From Candidatus Moranbacteria bacterium GW2011_GWC2_40_12 (GTDB taxonomy: Bacteria; Patescibacteriota; Minisyncoccia; Moranbacterales; UBA11712), in assembly GCA_000995965.1 (NCBI GenBank), contig LBYD01000002.1, positions 135,889 through 199,888 of the forward strand: a stretch of DNA of 64,000 bases. Direction: 5' to 3'. The translations under genes and the position numbers were made by a program. The notes beneath the pieces were generated by a model that saw only the letters and a program-made list of their open reading frames with translations, ran no database searches and had not been told where the DNA came from. Below, piece by piece: positions 56,867 through 64,000 of this stretch (positions are counted from its first letter, which is position 1; each line of letters starts with the position of its first letter).

Positions 56867-58555
56867 TTGCGCTTTTCGATTCCAGTGTGTAATTTTTTTA
56901 TGAAAATGCTCCAAAAAATCAAGAAAATAGTCGATGCCATCGAAAACTTCCCCCTCTCACTCTCCCGATTTATCCTCGCTTTCTCGGCCCTTATCGCTCT
57001 TCGGGTGCTGGGCGAAAACTTTTTGTCGCATTTTGGAAGCCGGCCGGCCGAGTTTATTGCTGGCTCAATCCTTGCCACATATCTCTTTTTCCTTTTTTCG
57101 ATAATCCTTTTGATTTTGTTTTTAGGCGCATATCTCCAGGAATCTTCCAAGAAAATTGCCAATCTCCTTCTTTGGGGTTTTTTCTTGGTCATTTCTCCTC
57201 CGCTTCTCGATAAATATTTCTGCGGAGACCAGCGGTGCTGGAGCTTCTATGCTTTTGACAGTCTGGCGGGGCTCGGGAAAAGATTTCTCACTTTTTTCGG
57301 AAGCGACCCGGTGATCGGGATCACCTACGGCGTCCGGATTGAAGTGGCGCTGGCGGTTTTGTTCCTGATAATCTATATATTTGTCAAAACCAAAAACGCT
57401 CTCAAGGCTTTTTTAGGGGGATTTTTTGCGTACACGATCCTTTTCATTCTTGGCTCATTCCCTTCCTGGCTCGCGTTCCTCTTTTTAGCGCCTGAAAAAA
57501 GCATTGCTCGCGTCGAAGGGCTTGATATAGCCGGGCTTTTTCTCTCCCCGATACGCTACTTTTCTTTTTCCGGGACTGAAATCTTGAACGCGCTCAACGC
57601 CAAGATGAATTTGATCTACGCTTTTCTTTTGGTTCCAGCAATTGTTTTCTTTTTTTGGCTCAACTTCAGAGAGAAATTCTGGGCGGTGGCGAAAAACGTC
57701 CGCTGGATCCAGATTCTGATTCACGCGGGACTCGTTCTTTTTGGCGCGGGTTTGGGGGCGTTCTATTTTCCAAAAAATATCACGTTTGACGCGTTCTCTT
57801 TTTTTGCCCTTGCAAACCTCATTCTGGCGGCCGTTTTTGCTTGGATCGCCTCGGTATTTTTGAACGATATCGCTGATATTGAAATTGATAAAATAACCAA
57901 CAAAAAAAGGCCGACGGCCACGGGAGAAGTTCCAACAGAAGATTATTGGCAGCTCTTTCTGGCCAGCTTTCTCATATCCCTTGTTCTAGCGCTCACAGTC
58001 GGGGTGAAATTTTTTCTTTTGATTCTTGTCTACCAAATCATTGGCTGGGCGTATTCCTGCTGGCCCTTTCGTCTCAAAAGATTTCCGGGAGTGGCCGGGT
58101 TTCTCTCGGCTTTTGCCCTCGCTCTCCTTTTTTCGGACGGATTCATGCTTCTTGCCGATGATCAGGACATTTCCCGTCTTCCGGCCAAGGTTTTTTGGCT
58201 GCTCATCATTGCCTTCATGATTTCCCTTCCGATAAAAGATTTGAAAGACATCGAAGGAGATCAAAAAAATGGAATTTGGACGATTCCCGTTCTTCTCGGC
58301 GAAACTTGGGCGCGGTTCGCAATCGGCTTGGGAATCTTTGTATCCTACGCTTTGAGCGTCGTCTGGCTCAACGCCAAAGTTTTGTTTTTTCCGGCCATGG
58401 TTCTGGGAGCTGTGTCTTTTTGGATTTTGCAGAATAAAAAAATATCGCCCCGAAGGGTGCATATCTTTGTTTTTGGGTTGTTGTTTCTTTACGTTTTGCT
58501 TATGGCCTATTTTCTTTTCTGGAAAAATATGCAATTAGTAATTAGTAATTTGTAA
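56867..58555 (+). CDS. polytopic membrane protein with C-terminal UbiA-family prenyltransferase domain
   Basis: NDIADIEIDKITNKKRP is the UbiA NDxxDxxxD motif, with a second Asp-rich region further downstream; the N-terminal ~300 aa is an extra multi-TM domain. Confidence 0.55.
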   Translation: MRFSIPVCNFFMKMLQKIKKIVDAIENFPLSLSRFILAFSALIALRVLGENFLSHFGSRPAEFIAGSILATYLFFLFSIILLILFLGAYLQESSKKIANLLLWGFFLVISPPLLDKYFCGDQRCWSFYAFDSLAGLGKRFLTFFGSDPVIGITYGVRIEVALAVLFLIIYIFVKTKNALKAFLGGFFAYTILFILGSFPSWLAFLFLAPEKSIARVEGLDIAGLFLSPIRYFSFSGTEILNALNAKMNLIYAFLLVPAIVFFFWLNFREKFWAVAKNVRWIQILIHAGLVLFGAGLGAFYFPKNITFDAFSFFALANLILAAVFAWIASVFLNDIADIEIDKITNKKRPTATGEVPTEDYWQLFLASFLISLVLALTVGVKFFLLILVYQIIGWAYSCWPFRLKRFPGVAGFLSAFALALLFSDGFMLLADDQDISRLPAKVFWLLIIAFMISLPIKDLKDIEGDQKNGIWTIPVLLGETWARFAIGLGIFVSYALSVVWLNAKVLFFPAMVLGAVSFWILQNKKISPRRVHIFVFGLLFLYVLLMAYFLFWKNMQLVISNL

Positions 58556-58590
58556 TTCGGATATTATTATCCAGATTACAGCAAGTGCAA

Positions 58591-59382
58591 CTAGCGAAAT
58601 TGCTCATTACCAATTACTTCGTATAGCTTCACCCAATCCTCCACCCCCAGTTTCTCTGCCCGCACTCCCGGCTCAAGGCCGGATTTTTTCATCCATTCCA
58701 AAATTTTATCTTTGGAAATTTGAAAACTCGAAGACAGATTATTGACGAGCATTTTGCGCTTGGATGAAAATCCGGCGCGGACGAGAGAGAAAAATTGTTT
58801 GATATCGATATCCGGAATATTTTCTTTTCTTTTTATCCTAATCACCGCTGAATCTACCTCCGGAGAGGGATCAAAATTTTCCCGGGAAACGTCAAAAAGC
58901 AATTCCGGATCGGCGTAGAATTTCACGGATATGGACAGGATGCTTTCTTTGCCGTCGAGCGCGACGATTCTCTCCCCGACTTCTTTTTGGACCATCAAAA
59001 CCATCTCTTGAGGCGTATATTTTGTCTCAAGAAGCAGGCGGATGATTTTCGAAGTGATGTAATAGGGCAGATTTGCGACGACTTTATATTCTTTGAAATT
59101 ATTTTCTTCAATCAAGCGCGGCAAGTTTATTTTCAAAATATCTCCCTCGATTATTTTCGTGTTTTTATATTTTTCTTTTTGCAACTTGCCGGCTAAATCG
59201 CGGTCTATTTCCAGCGCCAAAACTTTCGCAGCCTTTTTGGCGAGATATTTTGTCAGGATTCCCGTTCCCGGGCCGATTTCAAGGACGTTTTCACGGGATG
59301 AAAAATTTGCGGAATTCGCAATCCGTTCAGCGATGGAATCGTTGGCGAGAAAATTTTGACCCAGTGATTTTTTCGGTTGCAT
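58591..59382 (-). CDS. rsmA: 16S rRNA (adenine1518/1519-N6)-dimethyltransferase
   Basis: KSLGQNFL and LEIGPGTGILT motifs. Confidence 0.9.
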   Translation of the reverse strand: MQPKKSLGQNFLANDSIAERIANSANFSSRENVLEIGPGTGILTKYLAKKAAKVLALEIDRDLAGKLQKEKYKNTKIIEGDILKINLPRLIEENNFKEYKVVANLPYYITSKIIRLLLETKYTPQEMVLMVQKEVGERIVALDGKESILSISVKFYADPELLFDVSRENFDPSPEVDSAVIRIKRKENIPDIDIKQFFSLVRAGFSSKRKMLVNNLSSSFQISKDKILEWMKKSGLEPGVRAEKLGVEDWVKLYEVIGNEQFR

Positions 59383-59390
59383 AGTCAGAT

Positions 59391-60431
59391 TTAGCTCAAA
59401 ATACGGACTAAAATGCGTCCAAGAAGTCTTATCCTGACGCCGATAGCGACTAAATCGAAAACAAAATTTCGCAATGGGCCGGAATAGTAGACAATTCTCA
59501 AAAGCAAATGGTGCCAGTCGCGCTCTTGCAGAGCCTCTTTTATCAGTCTTGGCTGGTAGTTCTTTTCCAAAATTATGCGGGCGATCTCTTCACCGGAAAC
59601 CAACGCCTGATATATTCCTTCCCCGGTGAATCCGGAAGCGAGTCCAGCCGCGTCGCCCGCTAAAAAAATATTTTTGAATTTATATCCTCGAAAATCACAG
59701 TTTATTGGAAATGATTGAAGGGCAATATTATCAAGGCAAATGTTATTTTTTCGAGCCCAATAGCTAAATCCCCCCCTTATTTTAACCGGGTCAATTTTTT
59801 TTAAATTATGGGATTTTGACGGATGGCCGTAGCCGACAGAGACATAATCATGGCGCGGGAAAATCCAGGCATACCAACAGCTGAAAAGGACCGAGTCGAA
59901 ATGCAGCTCAAGATCTTCAAATTTATTTTGAGGGACAAGATATTGGATTGCCACGCCATATATTTTGGTCGGAACTTTCAAATAGCGTCGGACAATCGAG
60001 GCTGATCCGTCCGCGCCAATCAGATATTTGTAACCTGTTTTTTCTCCGTTATTAATAATCAAGGAATCTTCCATAATTTTTGTTACCCGGGCTTTGGTTC
60101 TCACGGTTACGTTTTGGCGATTTATTTTTGCCAGCTGCCACTGCCCGAGTTTTTCTCGGTCAACGAGAAAAAAATAATCTTTTTCCAGGCGGATTTTTGT
60201 TTTGAAATGCGGGGATCGGAAAATTATGGAAGAAAAACTTTTCTCGATGAGATTATCCGGCAGTCCAAGATATTCTCGGCTTTTTCGGGTCAATCCGCCT
60301 GCGCATATTTTTGGCCCGATCCTCTCATTTTTTTCGAGGAGCAAAACTTTTTTTCCGGCATTACCCAAAATTTCGGCGGCTCGCAATCCAGCTGGTCCGG
60401 CTCCTGCAATAATAACGTCAAATATTTGCAT
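59391..60431 (-). CDS. geranylgeranyl reductase-family FAD-dependent oxidoreductase
   Basis: DVIIAGAGPAGLRAAE..KVLLLEKN..KICAGGLT FAD fold in a GGR-like arrangement. Confidence 0.6.
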   Translation of the reverse strand: MQIFDVIIAGAGPAGLRAAEILGNAGKKVLLLEKNERIGPKICAGGLTRKSREYLGLPDNLIEKSFSSIIFRSPHFKTKIRLEKDYFFLVDREKLGQWQLAKINRQNVTVRTKARVTKIMEDSLIINNGEKTGYKYLIGADGSASIVRRYLKVPTKIYGVAIQYLVPQNKFEDLELHFDSVLFSCWYAWIFPRHDYVSVGYGHPSKSHNLKKIDPVKIRGGFSYWARKNNICLDNIALQSFPINCDFRGYKFKNIFLAGDAAGLASGFTGEGIYQALVSGEEIARIILEKNYQPRLIKEALQERDWHHLLLRIVYYSGPLRNFVFDLVAIGVRIRLLGRILVRILS

Positions 60432-60435
60432 AAAT

Positions 60436-61371
60436 TTAATTCAATATCTCCTCCACTTTCACATTGATCACTCCCGCTCCGATGTCCCCTATTTTTTGGA
60501 AAGCTTTTTTATTGAGATCAATGACGCGGCCTTTGCCGTAGGGGCCGGAGTCGTTCACCTGGACAATCACCGATTTCCCATTCGACCGGTTCGTCACGCG
60601 GAGATATTTTCCTTGCGCGAAGTCGAGACTGGCGCAGGTCAGGCCATCGCCATAGACATACCAAGTGGCGGATCCGGTTTGGGTTTTTCCTACGATGATT
60701 TTTGTCCCGACGACTTCGATTTGGGAAACGGGTGTCTTCGTGATCTTGCTTCCCAGCAATTGCCGGTTGGTTTCTTTGCCGTTGGTATAAGTGATTTTGT
60801 ATGTTTTTTCACGAATTCCTTTTTCCCCTTTCTGTTTTGTTTCCTTTTTTCTCCAGAGAACAGTTTTATCTTCTTTTTCGACCGTTTGGAAAGGAATATC
60901 TTCCTCGAGCGTAATTTCTTCGAAATTTATTCTTGTGACAATAATATCGGCATTGGGTTTGAGGAGGGAATCAAGAGCCGGATTGATTTTATCGGCATGC
61001 GACAAAATCAGATCAGCTTCATTTATTGCATCTCTCACTGTTATGCCAAGAGTATCCATTTTAATCTTTTGTCCGTCAACTGAAATCCCTACCGGCATGG
61101 CCCGGCGGACGGCGATTTTGCTTCCCGGAAAAATTTTCGTATCCAGTGCGGGAAAAATATAGTCCCCTTCGCCGAGCGCAATATTTTCTTCAGCGAGAAA
61201 TTCGGAAACGGTTATTTTTTCGGTGATTGCGTGAAAAACCACTCCATTGTCAGAAATTTCCACCGCGAAAGCCTTTTTTTGGTCAAATATCCTCTTCTCG
61301 AAAGGCCAAAAGAAATATATCAGTATTGCCGCAACCACTGCCAGCAGAAATATTTTGAAATAAAAACGCAT
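60436..61371 (-). CDS. DUF348/G5-domain protein with RlpA-like double-psi beta-barrel (RpfB-like architecture)
   Basis: N-terminal TM; a G5-like stretch (..VEKEDKTVLWRKKETKQKGEKGIREKTYKITYTNGKE..); C-terminal ATWYVYGDGLTCAS..VIVQVNDSGPY..VIDL DPBB domain. Confidence 0.5.
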   Translation of the reverse strand: MRFYFKIFLLAVVAAILIYFFWPFEKRIFDQKKAFAVEISDNGVVFHAITEKITVSEFLAEENIALGEGDYIFPALDTKIFPGSKIAVRRAMPVGISVDGQKIKMDTLGITVRDAINEADLILSHADKINPALDSLLKPNADIIVTRINFEEITLEEDIPFQTVEKEDKTVLWRKKETKQKGEKGIREKTYKITYTNGKETNRQLLGSKITKTPVSQIEVVGTKIIVGKTQTGSATWYVYGDGLTCASLDFAQGKYLRVTNRSNGKSVIVQVNDSGPYGKGRVIDLNKKAFQKIGDIGAGVINVKVEEILN

Positions 61372-61373
61372 AA

Positions 61374-62105
61374 CTAAATGTTTCTTCTCATAAATTTTAC
61401 GAAGTTTCGCTGAAGATCCGCTATTTCGGGATTTTCAATTATAACACCAACGAGATTAACAAGCGAGAGCATGGCAACCTTATTTCCGGCGACCATGAGA
61501 TCAACCGATAATTCAAAATCTTTCGGCAAGATTTTGGGTGTGCCAATTCCAGTATAAAATTCTCTTTTTGCATGTTTCTTGCCAGTCGAGCTGTTTTCAA
61601 TCAGATCTTTTATCTTTCCTCCGCTCTCTCGGATATTTTGGAAAAACTTCTCATTGTCTTCATTGTTAAAAATGGCAAAATATTTTTCGGCCGAAAAAGC
61701 TCCGTAAATTGTGTGCGAGGTTTTTGTCATCTCGTCGTATATCGTTCGCAATCCTTCGATGCCTTCGTAAAATCTTATTTGCGGATGGTGGCGCGAAACG
61801 GCGTATATTTCTTTGAGCTGCGGCAGAATGGACGAGATCTTCCTTTTCCTTTTTTCCAGTATCTTCACAAGCTTATCGGGATTTTCGGCGGCATAAAAAA
61901 TTCTTTTCTTCCGGATGGTTTTGTAAAGCAGACTTTCGCTTGTCAGCTTGTCCAGATACTCATAGATCGTTGTTCTCTTGATTCCCGACTTTCGGGAGAT
62001 ATCCGAAACCGTCGCTTTCCCCAATTCCAAAACCGCCAAATATATTTCAGCCTCCTTTTCTTCGAATCCAGCTTCTTTGAGCTGTTTTAGAATGCTTTCA
62101 TGCAT
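61374..62105 (-). CDS. TrmB-family transcriptional regulator
   Basis: LKEAGFEEKEAEIYLAVLELGKATVSDISRKSGIKRTTIYEYLDKL is a winged HTH. Confidence 0.7.
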   Translation of the reverse strand: MHESILKQLKEAGFEEKEAEIYLAVLELGKATVSDISRKSGIKRTTIYEYLDKLTSESLLYKTIRKKRIFYAAENPDKLVKILEKRKRKISSILPQLKEIYAVSRHHPQIRFYEGIEGLRTIYDEMTKTSHTIYGAFSAEKYFAIFNNEDNEKFFQNIRESGGKIKDLIENSSTGKKHAKREFYTGIGTPKILPKDFELSVDLMVAGNKVAMLSLVNLVGVIIENPEIADLQRNFVKFMRRNI

Positions 62106-62297
62106 AGCGAGAGATTAACATTTCCTTATTAAAGTGTCAATATATTCGTCATATTATTTATTATTTTTTTATTTATTAGCTTATATAAAGTATATTATGA
62201 TAATTAATCTAAATATATTTGTCTCATATTTTTCTTTATTATATTCTAATTTATTCCCTATTATGGGATAGCTATTTAACAACTTGGGAGGAATGTT

Positions 62298-62555
62298 ATG
62301 AAAATCACCAAAATCGCTTTTTGGATTTCTTGGGGAATCCTGCTTGTGGGGGTGATTTCAACTCTTGGAGCTTGGATTTATGCAACATTACTGGCAACCG
62401 CGGGAAATACGAACCAATATCTTTTTTGGAAGAACATCAGTGACAAATCTTTGGCATCATTGCCTCTGGGAAGTATACTGCTACTGATTTTTTCTGCAGT
62501 CCATGTTGTGAAGCTAAATGAAATTAACAGGAGAGGGAAAAATGAAAAAGAGTAA
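62298..62555 (+). CDS. small membrane protein, hypothetical
   Basis: 85 aa with two TM segments. Confidence 0.35.
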   Translation: MKITKIAFWISWGILLVGVISTLGAWIYATLLATAGNTNQYLFWKNISDKSLASLPLGSILLLIFSAVHVVKLNEINRRGKNEKE

Positions 62556-62877
62556 AAATAACACCTTCGACTTTAGTTTTGCGTACTGGATTACTATTTT
62601 TATTATAATCCAGCTGTCATTTAACTTTTTCACCACTTTAGTTTTCTCTTTAGCTCTGGCAAATCTCCACCACAACACCATAGCCAATTTCCAAATTGGA
62701 TGGTGGCAAATAGCTGGCATTGCAACCTCATTAATTTCATTCATATACGCTATTGCTGCCTTAGTCTTGATGTTTATTCCCTTGGTACACTTTTCAGTTG
62801 GTCGGCAGCAACAAAAAGAAAGGATGGAAAGGGAGGGGGCAGGAGCTGGAGTAACTGAAGAAAAAGATGAAGGCTAA
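62518..62877 (+). CDS. small membrane protein, hypothetical
   Basis: 119 aa with three TM segments and a charged C-terminus. Confidence 0.35.
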   Translation: MKLTGEGKMKKSKNNTFDFSFAYWITIFIIIQLSFNFFTTLVFSLALANLHHNTIANFQIGWWQIAGIATSLISFIYAIAALVLMFIPLVHFSVGRQQQKERMEREGAGAGVTEEKDEG

Positions 62878-62937
62878 GGTGAAGATTTGGGAGAATCGCG
62901 AAACTGCGCGGTTATCAAAACCACTTAGGGATTCTCT

Positions 62938-62978
62938 GGGAGACTGTCAACGCGCAGTTCTCCCTCTTTTTATTTCCC
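62938..62978 (+). terminator. rho-independent terminator with upstream near-duplicate arm (possible alternative structure)
   Basis: gggagactg tcaacgcg cagttctccc followed by tctttttatttc; an upstream copy gggagaatcgcgaaactgcgcgg at 62889-62911 can pair with the same 3' arm. Confidence 0.5.
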
Positions 62979-63112
62979 GCAATTTTTCCACAAATATAAT
63001 TTACAAAAACCAAGTTCCTTCTTGCCGAACGCATTACACATGTTTGCGATCGTCATCATATGTAATATAATGAATGCATAGAAATAATGATAAATTTTGT
63101 TAATACGAAACC

Positions 63113-63697
63113 ATGCCAAGCCAAAAAATGCTTTCGTCTCTCGCCAAGAGCATAATGAGCGGAAGCTACAGGACATCTAGTTTTATTTGCACCACTCTAT
63201 TTGAATTGGGAGAAATATATCTGGAAATCTTTTTCAATCCGAAATATGCCTTCACCCGTCCCTCGCGGAGATTGTTTGATTTGGATCAGAACTGGCAGCC
63301 GAGCCGGAACTCCCTCCAGGTTGAGGTTAAAAGGCTGATCGATCAGGGTATTGTTGGAAAAAAGAACTCTAAGCTGGGTCTCACGAAAGAAGGCCGCTCA
63401 ATTATCAGCGGCTTGGTGGCTAAGCGAAAAATATTGGACAAGAAATGGGACGGAAAATATCGGCTGGTGATATTTGACATTCCTGAAATAAAAAAAGCAT
63501 CCCGAAGATGGCTGCGTGAAGAATTGTATCTTTTGCAATATATTCAGCTTCAAAAAAGCGTTTTCATCGGTAAATATCCTTTGAGTCAGAATATCATAAG
63601 AGATATAAAAAAGTCGAGGCTAAGCGATTTCGTGAATTATCTACTGGTGGATAAAATTTATGATGAGAGAAAATTGAAACTTTTCAATCCGCATTAA
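63113..63697 (+). CDS. PaaX-like transcriptional regulator family protein
   Basis: WDGKYRLVIFDIPE...RRWLREEL...GF..LQKSVFIGKYP resembles the PaaX C-terminal region. Confidence 0.4.
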   Translation: MPSQKMLSSLAKSIMSGSYRTSSFICTTLFELGEIYLEIFFNPKYAFTRPSRRLFDLDQNWQPSRNSLQVEVKRLIDQGIVGKKNSKLGLTKEGRSIISGLVAKRKILDKKWDGKYRLVIFDIPEIKKASRRWLREELYLLQYIQLQKSVFIGKYPLSQNIIRDIKKSRLSDFVNYLLVDKIYDERKLKLFNPH

Positions 63698-63820
63698 CCG
63701 TTTCCAGCGTGATTGCGAATATGCTTTGTATTACACTTGTTGACGATCGTAAATAAGTGTAATATGAGATACTGGAAAGCGCAGGATATTTATTTGCGAA
63801 TCAAATATATCTTTCAATAC

Positions 63821-64000
63821 TTATATCTGTCTCTGCCGATATTGGATTGCTTCGGCGAGGTGCGGGACTTCGATATTTTCGCTGTCCGCGAGGTCCGCGA
63901 TGGTGCGGGCGATTTTTATTATTCTGTGAAAAGCCCGGGCGCTAAGATGGAGAGAGTCGACGGCTTGGCGGAGAAGTGCCATTTCTTTTTCACCGAGCGG
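63821..64000 (-). CDS. ComM/YifB (Mg-chelatase-like) family protein, C-terminal fragment (runs off window)
   Basis: The reverse translation ..[38 protein letters not shown] matches the conserved YifB C-terminus. Confidence 0.55.
   Translation of the reverse strand, partial: PLGEKEMALLRQAVDSLHLSARAFHRIIKIARTIADLADSENIEVPHLAEAIQYRQRQI

Noticed and set aside
1-64000. CRISPR arrays, rRNA and tRNA genes
   Set aside because: No evenly spaced direct repeats with unique spacers and no rRNA-like conserved stretches were found. I scanned the intergenic regions I examined (35462-35582, 36834-36966, 62880-63112) for tRNA cloverleaf or GTTC..GAAC-type arms and found none; tRNAs could still have been missed by eye.

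Overview
This 64 kb window is low-GC, gene-dense DNA that looks like a Patescibacteria/CPR-type bacterial chromosome. It contains the replication origin neighbourhood (dnaN-dnaA | rpmH-rnpA-yidC-jag, with DnaA-box clusters). Five regions stand out. (1) 128-12074, minus strand: six tandem paralogs sharing a C-terminal PEP-utilizing phosphohistidine 'swivel' domain and carrying divergent N-terminal domains, interleaved with ribH, ribE and a riboflavin-kinase::GxxExxY fusion, and interrupted by a ~0.77 kb high-GC single-gene cassette. (2) 13595-23036, plus strand: a 7TM membrane protein, a RimK-like ATP-grasp fused to a DUF785 retropepsin-like protease, two tandem YheC/YheD-like ATP-grasp genes, a cyanophycin-synthetase-like gene (ATP-grasp plus Mur-ligase), a further ATP-grasp gene and a DUF1704/MATCAP-like metallopeptidase. 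I read this as the best candidate for an undescribed peptide or poly-amino-acid ligation and trimming system. (3) 36967-56612, minus strand: a type IV secretion/pilus-like locus (VirB4, PrgI/VirB3-like, VirB6-like, three VirB2-like pilin-domain genes, one fused to an SLT lytic transglycosylase) with large Ca-binding surface proteins. (4) A dispersed palindromic 'aactcgcgaat...attcgcgagtt' repeat family, two copies of which are translated in-frame inside the riboflavin-kinase gene and one of which forms the C-terminal tail of RuvC. (5) An AT-rich palindromic 'caaaatg' intergenic element family. No rRNA, tRNA or CRISPR array was recognised. All calls are by eye from sequence and motifs; no searches were run.
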